Notes: generated from the sequence alone by a model not told the origin. Shown: positions 1 through 10,355, counted from the first letter of the stretch. The stretch: 64,000 nucleotides of DNA from Spirulina sp. (GCA_044070495.1 JBIPSI010000002.1:192001-256000), one strand, 5' to 3'. Numbers and translations are program-made.

Positions 1-1529
1 TCATAGTTACCATTTCCCAGCTTACTTTTAATCGAATTACTGCCCCAGTGGTATTGGTCGTTGGGCATATAAGCTCGATAGGGGTCAAGAGACACTTGAT
101 CTGCGTACAGTTCTGGGTGCTGATCCAAGGTACGACGGAAACGATTAAGGATGGGTTGTTTTAGATCCTCGGCGGTGGTTTCTTGACTGGCTAAAAAAAG
201 TAGGGCATCTCCAATATAGGGTTGGTAGACGGGCCAGAGTGCTGAGTGTTCAAAGGGGCGGGTGTAAGCGTAATGATCCCTCACGTATTGCTGATAGGCG
301 GGTTCTTGGGTGAGGATAGATAGATAAACTGCCGCCGTAACGGCGACTCCAACTTGCTCAGATTCCGCCATATCTGCATCCCCAGATTTAATTTCCCGGG
401 TATCACAGTCTGTTTCTAGGGGATGGACTTGAAACCAGTCCCAAGCCTCGGTGGCCTTAGTCAGGAGAATACGGGATTCATCTTGGAACTGAGGTAGGTC
501 TTTAAGCACCAAGGCAGCGTGGGAGAACATGCTGGACAGAGCAATGGACGAGGAGGAACACTTAGGCCCGTAGAATCGGGGGCGTTGGTCCAAACTAGGC
601 TTTTCAGCATGGTTGAAATCCAGGGTTCCTAGTTTAATAAAAACTCCACCATCCTCATCCTGCATGCGTTTCAACCAGTCTAATTCAAACAGAATTTCAT
701 CCAGAATGTCTGGTACGCCGTTGCCCGACTCTGGAATATTGAAGTCATCGGTCCAGACGGATGGATTTTGGCTATAGGCATCGAGAAGTTGATGGATAGG
801 CTCTAGGGCGAAGGTAACATACTTGTTAGTATCGCCAGCATCAAACCAACCGCCACGCATATCTCTGACCGTTGCAGGGTTTTCTTTATCATTCACAAAC
901 CGGGCTTCAGTATCTTGATTTGGGCCTAGAAAAGCCGCATCATCGGTCCAGCGACTATCGGCGTAGGGTTCACGTTTGGCAAAGCCGCTGCGCTGATAGA
1001 AAAACATGCGGGTGGCGGCAACTAAGATGGGTTTATAAACATCCTCGGCCACGGTAAAGGGCGACGATTCTTCTCCAGTCCTTGTGTTTTTAATGATGTA
1101 GCGCCCAGGGGTATTGACGGTTGAAAAATCAAACCAGCTAGCCCGATCCCCTGACTGACTATGGACATTCCCTTGATCCCAAATTTGTGCTGCCCCCTGA
1201 TACACCGTTCGTTGGTTGTCGAGGCTGACAACGGCAAAGGTATCAAATAGGGAACGATAGGATTCTGAGTTTCGATCTGCCTCAGCGTTGGCGTCGGGCT
1301 GAACTAACACCGCCACCTTAGCGTCCTGGGGGCGGTAGCCAAACTGATCCACTAGGATATGGGTGGGGAGTGGTATCGGTAAACTGGAAGAGTAGGCGGA
1401 GGGAACCCCTCGACAGTTGGTTAATAACACACCCGCCAAGACCAAAAAACTGAGCAGCCAAAAACCGGTACGTCCCCTAACCCTAAATCGTTTAACGTTT
1501 TGGATTAGCCTAGACTGAAGCATAAACAT
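1..1529 (-). CDS. Glycoside hydrolase family 9 protein with N-terminal Ig-like domain (partial, 3' end runs off the window)
   Basis: Missing from the ORF track because it has no stop in the window. Manual translation from ATG 1529 (or 1523) gives a signal-like N-terminus (FWLLSFLVLAGVLLTNC), the Ig-like motif ILVDQFGYRPQDAKVAV and the GH9 motif DMRGGWFDAGDTNKYVTF. Confidence 0.85.
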   Translation of the reverse strand, partial: MFMLQSRLIQNVKRFRVRGRTGFWLLSFLVLAGVLLTNCRGVPSAYSSSLPIPLPTHILVDQFGYRPQDAKVAVLVQPDANAEADRNSESYRSLFDTFAVVSLDNQRTVYQGAAQIWDQGNVHSQSGDRASWFDFSTVNTPGRYIIKNTRTGEESSPFTVAEDVYKPILVAATRMFFYQRSGFAKREPYADSRWTDDAAFLGPNQDTEARFVNDKENPATVRDMRGGWFDAGDTNKYVTFALEPIHQLLDAYSQNPSVWTDDFNIPESGNGVPDILDEILFELDWLKRMQDEDGGVFIKLGTLDFNHAEKPSLDQRPRFYGPKCSSSSIALSSMFSHAALVLKDLPQFQDESRILLTKATEAWDWFQVHPLETDCDTREIKSGDADMAESEQVGVAVTAAVYLSILTQEPAYQQYVRDHYAYTRPFEHSALWPVYQPYIGDALLFLASQETTAEDLKQPILNRFRRTLDQHPELYADQVSLDPYRAYMPNDQYHWGSNSIKSKLGNGNY

Positions 1530-1587
1530 TGGTTAAACAACGCTGTAGGTTTTCACGGTTCCTGGGGATGGCGGTGCGGTAGGCTGA

Positions 1588-3045
1588 CTAGAGCATGGGC
1601 CGAGCCTTGGCCGATTCCTCTGAGCCGAGGGCCGGACGCCGTGGCACCGGGGTTGAGAGAATCTGGGTAGCCAAAACGATGGTGATGGCCACCAGAGCAC
1701 CTCCCAAAACACCTAGGGCTAGCACCTGTAGTTTTGCCCCGGAGTCGGGTTCTAGAGGGGGAACCGCTGACTGGATAATGCGGGTGTTGTAGGTGGTTTC
1801 GTTTTCCTGGACTTGGAGTTCCTGCAGACGGGTCAGCAGGGCACTGTAGGTTTCTTCAGCCACGGCTACCCGCCGCTCTAGGGCACGCTGTTCGGCACTG
1901 AGGGAGGGAACTGTCTTCAGACGCTCCTGATACTCCTGTTCGTAGGCTTTGAGCACCGTGAGCTGCTGTTGCAGGCCGGTATACTGCACTTCGGCGTTCA
2001 GATAATCTTGAATTAGGGTTTGAGTGATATTGACTTGCCCTGGGGTTCCTTGGAGGAGGCTATCGGGTACACGGGGAGCCCCTCCAGCCTGGACAACCTG
2101 TTCGGAAAGGAAACTGGCGAGGGATTCTTGCTGGGCCCGGAGTTGGCGGACTACTGGGCTGCTGGGGCTAAACCGAGCTTCCTGCACAGCAAGATCTCGT
2201 TCCACGGCTTGTAGAGCCAAAATCGCCTCTTGGACGCCAGGATTTTGGCTGAGCGCACCCACGGTTAGGGCTTCCTGGGGGTTGAGCCGGAGTTTACCCT
2301 GGAGGGATTGAACCTGGCGGGCTGTCCCCTCTAGGGTGGACTGAACGGTAGCAATCTCCCTGGAAAGATTTTCAAGGCGGGTGACCAGGGAAGAGGCTTC
2401 TTCATCGAGCACCCCAATTTGGTTGCGCTCTAGAAAGTTGCGGAGATCGGCCTCGGCTTGGCGCACGATGACCTCGGTTTGGGGCAGTTGAGCTAGGAGA
2501 AAATCCTTGGCTTCTCGGGCTTCCTCCCGATTAGTCTGGATAGATTGTTCGCGGTATTGCTCAATGAGCGTGTTCACCACGGAGGCGGCTACGTCAGGGT
2601 CGGGATGGGTAAACGCAACTTCTATGATGTCGGTGCCGCCTAGAATGTTCATATCCAGGTTAGGCGCAATCGCCTCAGGGCTGAGGGGCTTGCCGTCGTC
2701 ATCCTTGAGTTCGAGAATGTCGATGGTTTGTTGCAGCAGGGGGCGCGACTGAAGCACCTGCATTTGGGTGCTGAGCGGGGTCTGATCGTTGAGCAGAGAC
2801 TGAAGTTGTCCGGCATCACCAGCGCCAGCGCCAAACCCAGTGAGTACGGCTGTTCGGTCTATCTTGGTGAACAGCAGTTGGGAATCGGCGGTGTACTTGG
2901 GGGTGAGCTGGGTGCTGGCAAAGGCGGCCAAGGCAACGCAGGTGACAAAGGCTCCCGCCGCTAACAGCCCTGAATCGCGAATCGTTTGACCCATACGGTT
3001 CATACTGAGATTTAGGTCGATGGACTCTCGATCTTTACTGCTCAT
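1588..3045 (-). CDS. Polysaccharide chain-length determinant / export protein (GumC/Wzc-like, no C-terminal tyrosine-kinase domain)
   Basis: N-terminal TM followed by PKYTADSQLL, TQMQVLQSRPLL, a long coiled coil and a C-terminal TM; no Walker A tail. Confidence 0.85.
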   Translation of the reverse strand: MSSKDRESIDLNLSMNRMGQTIRDSGLLAAGAFVTCVALAAFASTQLTPKYTADSQLLFTKIDRTAVLTGFGAGAGDAGQLQSLLNDQTPLSTQMQVLQSRPLLQQTIDILELKDDDGKPLSPEAIAPNLDMNILGGTDIIEVAFTHPDPDVAASVVNTLIEQYREQSIQTNREEAREAKDFLLAQLPQTEVIVRQAEADLRNFLERNQIGVLDEEASSLVTRLENLSREIATVQSTLEGTARQVQSLQGKLRLNPQEALTVGALSQNPGVQEAILALQAVERDLAVQEARFSPSSPVVRQLRAQQESLASFLSEQVVQAGGAPRVPDSLLQGTPGQVNITQTLIQDYLNAEVQYTGLQQQLTVLKAYEQEYQERLKTVPSLSAEQRALERRVAVAEETYSALLTRLQELQVQENETTYNTRIIQSAVPPLEPDSGAKLQVLALGVLGGALVAITIVLATQILSTPVPRRPALGSEESAKARPML

Positions 3046-3474
3046 GGGAATCCTGGGGCTTTTTACGCGTTTTTGACAACAATCACTGAGACCGGGATGA
3101 CACTCTGGAAAAACGATCTAAGTCAGAGGCTTTCAACTATTCAACTAGGAGAAGCGCAATGAATAGGACGAATTTCAATACAACTAGGCCCACAGGCCTG
3201 AGGCAACATAAACCTAAGGTTAACCATATTTCTCAACAGGATATACAGCATTGAAGCATCAGCTTAGCCGCTAACCGGACAGTTACTTAAAATTCAGAAG
3301 CCTCGGCCAGTATGTAAAGCTTTCGTAAAGGTTCCGCAAGACTACGGAACTTTTCAGGTCTCACGGAAGGCATCACGCTATTCCTAAGTTCCCCGTCCTA
3401 TTTTATGGATATCTCTCTAAGAAGGGGTAGGGCTAATGTCTATGTTTTTGTAAAGTTTGGCGAATGTGTGGGGA

Positions 3475-5802
3475 TTAGTTCCACAGACCTTGATCCGTGG
3501 TTTCCGCAGTGAGGTGGGCTTGGTAGCCTTGCTTGGGTCGCCACAGGATAGCCCCATCCCGCTCGGTACACCACACTTGGATGCCTCGCTGGGTGAGGGT
3601 GGCTTCGGTTTCTGGGGATAGGCGACGGGTGGAGGCAATGGCGATGCGGGGCTGGATGGCGGCCACTAAATCGGGCTGGAGGGCTTGGCCATCCCACCAA
3701 AGCACATCGCTGGCGAGGGGGATGGCAGACTGTAGCAACGCCCGCTGATCGGAGGCCGTGAGGTGGGTCAGCAGGAGCCAGGTTTGTTGGTGAAACAATG
3801 TCAGCTTAAGGGCCGTAGCGGTTTCGGAGAGGGATTCGACTCGGTGCTGCCCCAGGGTGAGGGGTTGGTGTGGCCCTAGGGTGATCGGGTGATGGATATC
3901 CTTAGGGGCGACGCTCAGGCGGTGGGTTTGGTAGAAGTTTTGAATGGGAGCTTGGCCCATCAGGGTGTGCCAGTTTGGGGTATCACTGCTCTGCCCAGCA
4001 ATGGCGTGGTTAAGGCGGTTGATGCCCGCCTGTCTTAGAAACGGCCCCACGGTATAAAACGCGGTGGACTGAGTGCCGCTATTAACTAACAGAGTCGATT
4101 GACGATCCTGCACCACCATGACGGCATCATTACCCGCCGCCAGTACCGTGGCCTGGGCAAGGGTAGCCCCTCGGTACCACAGTGGCCCTAGGGCTGTGAC
4201 CAATACCAATAGCGCCACCAACCACCGCCATCGACGGCCTAGGGCCGACCATCCGCCCAGGCCATAGAGTCCGTACAGCCCAATCATTTGCCAGAGGGCG
4301 ATGTGGCCCATGGCGAGGGTACTGCTGGGTAGGCCAATTTCCCAGTGCACCAGGGCAATCAGCACCGTGGTAGGTAGCCATAGCACAGCGGCCAGGAGAC
4401 TGCCTAAAGCGGGCAGGGCCAGGGCCACCAATCCGCTGATCATGCCCCCCAGGCTGATCACAGTCACCAGCGGCGTCACCACCATGTTCAGCAGGACGCT
4501 GTAGGTGGTGAGGGTATTGAAATAGTACAAACTGAGGGGAATCGTCCAAAAATAGGCCGCTACGGGCACCGCGAGCAGGGTGGCCAGGGCCGGGGGCAGC
4601 CAGTTCAGCCGATCCGTCAGCGGCTGCACACTCACCATCAGGCCCAGGGTGGCCATGACGCTGAGGCGAAACCCGACATCGTCAACCCAGAGGGGATTCC
4701 AAATTAGCAGTAGAGTGACTGCCAAGAGCAAACAACCCAAGGGTTTGACCCTCCGCTCTAGGGCAAGGCCCACCAAGGCTCCCACCCCCATTAACGCGGC
4801 CCGCATCACGCTGGGCTGGACTCCGGTCATCAGCACATAGCCCGCCAAAACCGCGATCCCTACCCCCAGTTGAACCCGCCCTGGATGGGAGAACCGCCCC
4901 TGCAAGACGGGCAGGCGCAACATCCCCATCACCAAGCCCAGCAGCAGAGAGACATGGAACCCAGAGGCTGCCAGGGTATGGGCGAGGCCCGCTTGGATGA
5001 AGGCATCCTGGAGGGGATAGGGCACCTGCACCGCCTGCCGACCGAGGGCCATGGCACTCACCAAGGCTCCCTGCTCTGGCCCTAGCCCTTGGGCGTGGGC
5101 TTGAACAATGCGCTGCCGCAGTTGCCACAGCCCCCACCCAGCCTCCTGCTGCACGGTCACTTGCCGCCCGCTCAGGCCAGCGTAGACTTCTCGACTGGCC
5201 AGGTATTGCTGAAAGTTAAAGGCGTTGGGATTTTTGGCCCCAGACGGGGCATAGAGTTGGCCCACCACCCGCAGGGTTTGGCCAGGGCGCAGGTCTTTGA
5301 TCGCATCCAGGGGAGTGGTGACGTAGAGGGTGCCCTCGGTGGCTAGGGTGGCCCCTTGGGGTTGCCCCGATTCGTCCAAACGCCTGACCTGTTGGGCTTG
5401 CAGCCAAAACTGTCCCTTGCCGCTGCGGCTTTCCTTGGGCATTTCCGTGAGGCGGCCCCACACCTCTTGCTGGGTTCCGGTGGTTGCTCCAGGCTGGATC
5501 AAATGGCTGATGTCTAGCACAGAGGGCTGGGGATACTGCCAACCGTAGTTGAGGGCCGCCACCAGTCCCAATCCGCCCAGCCCCACCCAAAGGGCAGGTC
5601 GTGGGCCGAGGGGCCAGGATTTTGCTAGGGTGAGGGCCGCCCCTAACCCCAGCGCTACCAGGATTAGCCCCGTGAGGCCAACCCCCGCCCAGAGTCCTAG
5701 CCCTCCGTGCCGTACCCACAAGCTAACCACAAACAATCCGGCAACGTACGCGCCGCAACCCAACATTCCAGCAATGGAACCCATCGATTTTCTTGCACCC
5801 AT
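3475..5802 (-). CDS. comEC: ComEC/Rec2 competence DNA-uptake protein
   Basis: KNPNAFNFQQYL, GLAHTLAASGFHV, GVQPSVMRAALM and DVGFRLS motifs, with a degenerate C-terminal metallo-beta-lactamase-like domain. Confidence 0.92.
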   Translation of the reverse strand: MGARKSMGSIAGMLGCGAYVAGLFVVSLWVRHGGLGLWAGVGLTGLILVALGLGAALTLAKSWPLGPRPALWVGLGGLGLVAALNYGWQYPQPSVLDISHLIQPGATTGTQQEVWGRLTEMPKESRSGKGQFWLQAQQVRRLDESGQPQGATLATEGTLYVTTPLDAIKDLRPGQTLRVVGQLYAPSGAKNPNAFNFQQYLASREVYAGLSGRQVTVQQEAGWGLWQLRQRIVQAHAQGLGPEQGALVSAMALGRQAVQVPYPLQDAFIQAGLAHTLAASGFHVSLLLGLVMGMLRLPVLQGRFSHPGRVQLGVGIAVLAGYVLMTGVQPSVMRAALMGVGALVGLALERRVKPLGCLLLAVTLLLIWNPLWVDDVGFRLSVMATLGLMVSVQPLTDRLNWLPPALATLLAVPVAAYFWTIPLSLYYFNTLTTYSVLLNMVVTPLVTVISLGGMISGLVALALPALGSLLAAVLWLPTTVLIALVHWEIGLPSSTLAMGHIALWQMIGLYGLYGLGGWSALGRRWRWLVALLVLVTALGPLWYRGATLAQATVLAAGNDAVMVVQDRQSTLLVNSGTQSTAFYTVGPFLRQAGINRLNHAIAGQSSDTPNWHTLMGQAPIQNFYQTHRLSVAPKDIHHPITLGPHQPLTLGQHRVESLSETATALKLTLFHQQTWLLLTHLTASDQRALLQSAIPLASDVLWWDGQALQPDLVAAIQPRIAIASTRRLSPETEATLTQRGIQVWCTERDGAILWRPKQGYQAHLTAETTDQGLWN

Positions 5803-5993
5803 AACTAGACTTAGAAAGCCCGTTTTGGGTGAGAAATTGACGCTCGATTAGGATGGCTTTGTCCAGGCTAGGGCCACCGGATCGCAGATCACCTATCGCC
5901 TGGGGCTAAACCCAGGCCCCGACCTGGGTAGGCGGCACAAGGGGAAAGGATTAGCTTGGCATCCGGTGTGGCGATGGCCCTCAGCCAAATGGA

Positions 5994-6410
5994 CTAATCC
6001 GATCTGGACTCATTCGAGTCGGTGCTGTCTCGATTCAGGCGCTTGCGAGCCAAGTCTCTCAGGATAATGGCCCAGTCGGGGCGCATTTGTTCCAGGATCA
6101 GCATGGCCGAGGTGTTGTGGGACACCCAAGGATTATTGGCCTTCAGCCCTTCCAAATCCATGGCATAGCCCAGGCGGTGGAGGGCTTCGAGCCGCTGCTG
6201 CTGCCGAATTTGGTTGGGGTGGAGTTCCGGCAGAACATTCTTCAGGTCGGAAATCATGGGGCGTGAGGGAATATGCTTCTGCTGATACTCGGCCAGGGCG
6301 TCGGCCAAGGCTGGGGATCGCATCCGAATTTCAGCATGGTCTCTGGCTGAGAGCCGAACCTTTTTGAGACGGTTAAAAAAATCAGCTTCGTAATTGGATA
6401 GGCGCATCAC
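5994..6410 (-). CDS. Hypothetical protein (orphan)
   Basis: 138-aa ORF filling the gap, with a strong GGAGGAG SD upstream. Confidence 0.7.
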   Translation of the reverse strand: MMRLSNYEADFFNRLKKVRLSARDHAEIRMRSPALADALAEYQQKHIPSRPMISDLKNVLPELHPNQIRQQQRLEALHRLGYAMDLEGLKANNPWVSHNTSAMLILEQMRPDWAIILRDLARKRLNRDSTDSNESRSD

Positions 6411-6597
6411 GATTTACCCCCTCCCTCCATCCTAATCTGAGGATTCAGCTTTGATGCGGATTGTGTGGTTATTTATTGTGTGGAATTTTCACCCATAACT
6501 AACTGGTATCAGTAGATCACGCCATGAATGGGGATTCGTTATCCCGGCGGTTCCTGTGGCAGGCAGGATGCCACCCTACCGTTACCTGCTTGGGTTC

Positions 6598-7458
6598 CTA
6601 AGGATGGTGATCACCTGGTTTTGCAAAGGAATCATCCGCCCCAAGGCCACCCCATTGCTTTAGAGCGGCTTTGAGGTTGTCTGGGGTGCCAATGTCTAGG
6701 TAGTGGCCGCCATCGAGTACTTCAGCCTCCACCCGCAGCCCCGCTTGAATGGCTTGGTGGATAACATCGCCGATGGGGACTTCGGTGTAGGGGGGCCAAG
6801 CGGTTAGCCCCTGGGGAATACGGTCGCCCAGAAGGCGGTGCTGGTGTTGAACAACAAACTGGTGCAGAAAGTCGGTAAAGCGCGGATTCCAAACGGCGAT
6901 GGCCCACATGTAGGGTAGATGGGTGAAGGCGGATTTCTCGTAGATGCCGATCACTCGCCCCGTTTCCTCCACATCCACCACACCCACTTTATCGGGCTGA
7001 TCGGTGGGGAAAAGCCCCAGCACCACATCGGCCCCTTGGGCCTGAAGCCGCTGAAGGAGCACCCGGTAAGCCGGGTCTGGGCCAAACAAAATGTCGGGAA
7101 AGCCCAGCAGCACCGTGGCCCCCTGAATAAAGGGATAGGCTTGGTTGAGGCTAAAGGGCACGCCAAAGGGCACATGCACCGTGAGGTAGGCCAAATGTAA
7201 GCCCAGATCGGCTCCATCCCCCAGATAGGCCGGAATATCCCACTTGCCGGGACGCAAAATCATGAATACTTCGGAGACCCCAGCCCCACGCATCTTTTCC
7301 AGCAGATAGTGACAGACCACCTTGGGCCTCGCCCCGGTCTGCCCCGGCACCGTCCGAAAGCCCAGGGGAAACAGTTCTTTACTCATGGGCAAGGGGGCGA
7401 GGCGGGTGCCCTGCCCTGCCGCTGGCACCAGGCCAATTAACCGGGGAGCCTCTGTCAT
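6598..7458 (-). CDS. Sugar-phosphate nucleotidyltransferase (glucose-1-phosphate thymidylyltransferase-like)
   Basis: GLVPAAGQGTRLAPLPMSKELFP and YLDIGTPD motifs. Confidence 0.88.
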   Translation of the reverse strand: MTEAPRLIGLVPAAGQGTRLAPLPMSKELFPLGFRTVPGQTGARPKVVCHYLLEKMRGAGVSEVFMILRPGKWDIPAYLGDGADLGLHLAYLTVHVPFGVPFSLNQAYPFIQGATVLLGFPDILFGPDPAYRVLLQRLQAQGADVVLGLFPTDQPDKVGVVDVEETGRVIGIYEKSAFTHLPYMWAIAVWNPRFTDFLHQFVVQHQHRLLGDRIPQGLTAWPPYTEVPIGDVIHQAIQAGLRVEAEVLDGGHYLDIGTPDNLKAALKQWGGLGADDSFAKPGDHHP

Positions 7459-7491
7459 GGGTCAGCCGAGATCCTTAGCCTAGGGGTAACG

Positions 7492-9207
7492 TCACGGTTG
7501 TAGCACTGCCTCCAGGCCTTCTTGGGAGAGGGTTGTGCTGAGGGATAGGGGATAAGGGCCATCGCTGAGGGCTTGCAGAAAGGCCGCCTGCACCATGGGA
7601 CGAAAGCGCTCGTCTTGGTTGAGGGTGAGGTGGAAGTAGGCCAGGGCCAGGGTGCGCATGTAGTACTGGGCTAGATCGGGGCGGGGGCCAACGATATCCG
7701 GGGGAATGGCGATGGGTTGGTCGGCAGCAGCCACATCGCCAATCACCGAAAAGTGGGTGCCAAAGCCAATCAGGGCTAGGTAGCGTTCGGGGGTGGCTAG
7801 CCACGTAAAGGGCTGAATTTGTTCGGGAAAGGCCGGGGCCACGGTGTCGGCGGCACTGCCCACCACCATCACAGGGACGGCAATGCGCTGGTAACCCGTC
7901 GGGCCAAACAGGACGCTGCCCACGGGATTCATGATGAAGATAGATTTCACCCGCGCATCCTGGAGGGGAGGCTGGGGGGGGGCAAGGCTGGTGGCCTGAC
8001 ACTGCAACAGCAGCGATGGGTTGAAGGTTAACACCGCTGGGGGGCAAGCGGTAGTGAGGGCCGTGCGGTCAACGGTGGCCCCCGCCAAGGCCAGGGCTGT
8101 GTAACCTCCAAAGGACTGGCCAATGACACCAATGCGGTTCCCATCGAAGCGAACCGGGAGGGATCCGCTATTCTGAAGCTGCTGGAGCGCATTGAGGGTA
8201 AGGGTGACATCCTGGGGGCGACGGAGAAATTCCTCGTCGGGAACCACGTTGTCGGTGCGCCCCTCTAGCAGAGCCGCCAGTTGTTCATCGTTGCTGCCCG
8301 CATGGTCGATGGCCACCACCATAAAACCGCCGCTAGCCAGATCGTTCGCGAGGTAGTCGTAGCTATGGCGGTTGCTGCCTAGACCGTGGGAAATCACGAC
8401 CAAGGGAAAGCCATCTGGCGGTGCCGCTTGGCCCTCCCGCAGTTGGGGCAGGTAGAGGTTCGCGGGCTTTTCAAGGCCCTCAATGCGTTGGTTGCGGCGC
8501 TGCACCCCGTAGGCCCGACTGGCTTGGAGCCGCCCCATCAGGGCCGAAAACTCGGCTTCGGTGAGGGGGAGGGCCTCCGCTTCCTGGCGGGACAGATCTT
8601 GCACCAGGTTGACGGCCTGGGTGGACTGAACAATGGCTCGGTTCACCTCCTCCGCCACCACAAAGCCCTCCAAAAGGTCAATGCGGATGGCCTCTAGGGG
8701 ATAGGCCCGCAGAACGTCGAGGAGCGTAATCCCATTTTCCGCGTTGGTGGCCCCCAAAATAATGGCTGCTCGCAGGGCCGAAAAATCGCCGACCCGCGCC
8801 GGGGTGCGCACCACCCGCGTCAGTTCCCGCAGTAGGCGTTCGCCTTGAGGGGTATACAAAAACTGCGCAATGCCCACTAGCCGAAGATCCTGGGCAGGGG
8901 CCGTCAGTGCCTGCTGGGCCTGTTTAAGCTGGGCTGGGGTGAGCTGGAGGTAGCGGTTGTAGGCTTGCAGTTGGGGGGTGAGCTGCCCTGTGGCAGCGAA
9001 GGCTTCAATATCGGCCATAGAGACCGTGCGCTCTAGGGCACCGTAGGAAATGATCAAACGCTCGGCGGCACGGCTAGGTGCGGCCAACAGACACAGCCCC
9101 GCCGTTGCTAGGGAGATCGCCCCATAGCGCCAGCGCGACCACCGCCAGCGCTGACTAGGCCGTTGGGAGGGGGTGATCCCGTCAGTATGTCTAGGGCATT
9201 GCCGCAT
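7492..9207 (-). CDS. DUF1400 + alpha/beta hydrolase (dienelactone hydrolase-like), secreted
   Basis: AAERLIISYGALER N-domain, VISHGLGS, GQSFGG nucleophile elbow and GTHFS. Start moved to ATG 9207 to reduce overlap with the phosphatase; exact start uncertain. Confidence 0.85.
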   Translation of the reverse strand: MRQCPRHTDGITPSQRPSQRWRWSRWRYGAISLATAGLCLLAAPSRAAERLIISYGALERTVSMADIEAFAATGQLTPQLQAYNRYLQLTPAQLKQAQQALTAPAQDLRLVGIAQFLYTPQGERLLRELTRVVRTPARVGDFSALRAAIILGATNAENGITLLDVLRAYPLEAIRIDLLEGFVVAEEVNRAIVQSTQAVNLVQDLSRQEAEALPLTEAEFSALMGRLQASRAYGVQRRNQRIEGLEKPANLYLPQLREGQAAPPDGFPLVVISHGLGSNRHSYDYLANDLASGGFMVVAIDHAGSNDEQLAALLEGRTDNVVPDEEFLRRPQDVTLTLNALQQLQNSGSLPVRFDGNRIGVIGQSFGGYTALALAGATVDRTALTTACPPAVLTFNPSLLLQCQATSLAPPQPPLQDARVKSIFIMNPVGSVLFGPTGYQRIAVPVMVVGSAADTVAPAFPEQIQPFTWLATPERYLALIGFGTHFSVIGDVAAADQPIAIPPDIVGPRPDLAQYYMRTLALAYFHLTLNQDERFRPMVQAAFLQALSDGPYPLSLSTTLSQEGLEAVLQP

Positions 9208-9673
9208 TCCCAACCACCTGATCCAAAAACCCCTCACAGGCATCCATGAGCAGTTCGATAACGTATGTAAAACCTTCCGGGCCACCGTAGTAGGGATCCG
9301 GAACTTCTTTATCGGGATGGGTACGGCAATAGTCGCACATCATTCTGACTTTGTGGCTGTAGGTTTTGGCCAAATCCATGGCCAAGATATCCCGGTAGTT
9401 GTGCCGATCCATCGCCAAAATCCAGTCGAAGCGCTCAAAGTCGGCGGGTTCAAGCTGACGCGCTTGGCCCTTGAGGTCAATGCCAAACTCCTTAGCCGCC
9501 GCCGTCATCCGGCGATCTGGGGGGTTGCCCACATGGTAGCCAGCGGTTCCGGCTGAATCACAGGTTACCTGGTCGCCCCACTGCCGCTGCTGCACCAGAT
9601 GGTTCATGATGTTTTCGGCGGAGGGAGACCGGCAGATGTTGCCAAGACAGACAAATAAAATGCGCGTACTCAT
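9191..9673 (-). CDS. Low-molecular-weight protein-tyrosine phosphatase (Wzb/PtpA-like)
   Basis: FVCLGNICRS P-loop and DPYYGG motif. Confidence 0.93.
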   Translation of the reverse strand: MSTRILFVCLGNICRSPSAENIMNHLVQQRQWGDQVTCDSAGTAGYHVGNPPDRRMTAAAKEFGIDLKGQARQLEPADFERFDWILAMDRHNYRDILAMDLAKTYSHKVRMMCDYCRTHPDKEVPDPYYGGPEGFTYVIELLMDACEGFLDQVVGNAAMP

Positions 9674-9790
9674 GGAAGTCTATGCAAAGGATTGGGGAAC
9701 GTCCGACTCAGCCGAGGGAATACCCCCCGCAGCGGCAGGAGGCTAAGGGTTCAGAGCCAGGGGTATTTGCTCAAGTTGGCGTCAGCCTAA

Positions 9791-9921
9791 GAGGGCGTTT
9801 GAAAAGGGTTGCCTCAGGTGCGATTGGTCGCTAGATCGGTGCAAATCTACGGGATTTTTGACGCTTGAGGCTGACCTCATCGGTATAACTTGGGACAAGC
9901 TTCGGCTTTTCAAACGTCCTC
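9791..9921. mobile_element. MITE (131 bp) with IS5-like TIRs and TAA target duplication
   Basis: TIRs GAGGGCGTTTGAAAAG (9791-9806) and CTTTTCAAACGTCCTC (9906-9921) match at 15/16; TAA flanks both ends. Confidence 0.8.
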
Positions 9922-10010
9922 TAAACCTTGGTTTCAGTGACCGATGGCCGTGCCGCTGCCCTCGGCGCATTGCTGCCGCAGACCGCACCACCGCCATCAG
10001 CCTTGTTGTT

Positions 10011-10355
10011 TTAGAGCCCCGGCAGATTGAGACCACCGGTCAACTCCTCCATCCGCTCTCGCATGGTGGAGGTGGATTTCTGGTAGGCATCTTTCATGGC
10101 GGCGGTGATCAAATCCGACAGCACCTCAACCCCTTCATTCAGGGCTTCGGGGGCCAGGGTAATGCCACGGGGCTCTTGGTTGCCGCTCATGGTCACCTTC
10201 ACCAAGCCGCCGCCCGCTTCGCCTTCAATCTCCATTTGCTCTAGCTCTTCCTGGAGCTGTTTGGCCCCTTCTTGAATCTGCTGGGCTTTTTTGAAGGCTT
10301 CGGTAAGCTCCTTCATTTTGCCTAACCCAAACCCAAATCCTTGACCTTGTGACAT
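10011..10355 (-). CDS. ybaB: YbaB/EbfC nucleoid-associated protein
   Basis: KKAQQIQ...[18 protein letters not shown]...[11 protein letters not shown]. Confidence 0.93.
   Translation of the reverse strand: MSQGQGFGFGLGKMKELTEAFKKAQQIQEGAKQLQEELEQMEIEGEAGGGLVKVTMSGNQEPRGITLAPEALNEGVEVLSDLITAAMKDAYQKSTSTMRERMEELTGGLNLPGL

Noticed and set aside
3147..3254. 31-codon ORF with an AGGAG SD in the Wzc-like promoter region
   Set aside because: Short, antisense to the promoter region, and without other support.
3475..4150. ComEC C-terminal domain lacks the HxHxDH metal motif
   Set aside because: A degenerate domain is usual in cyanobacterial ComEC; not evidence of pseudogenisation.
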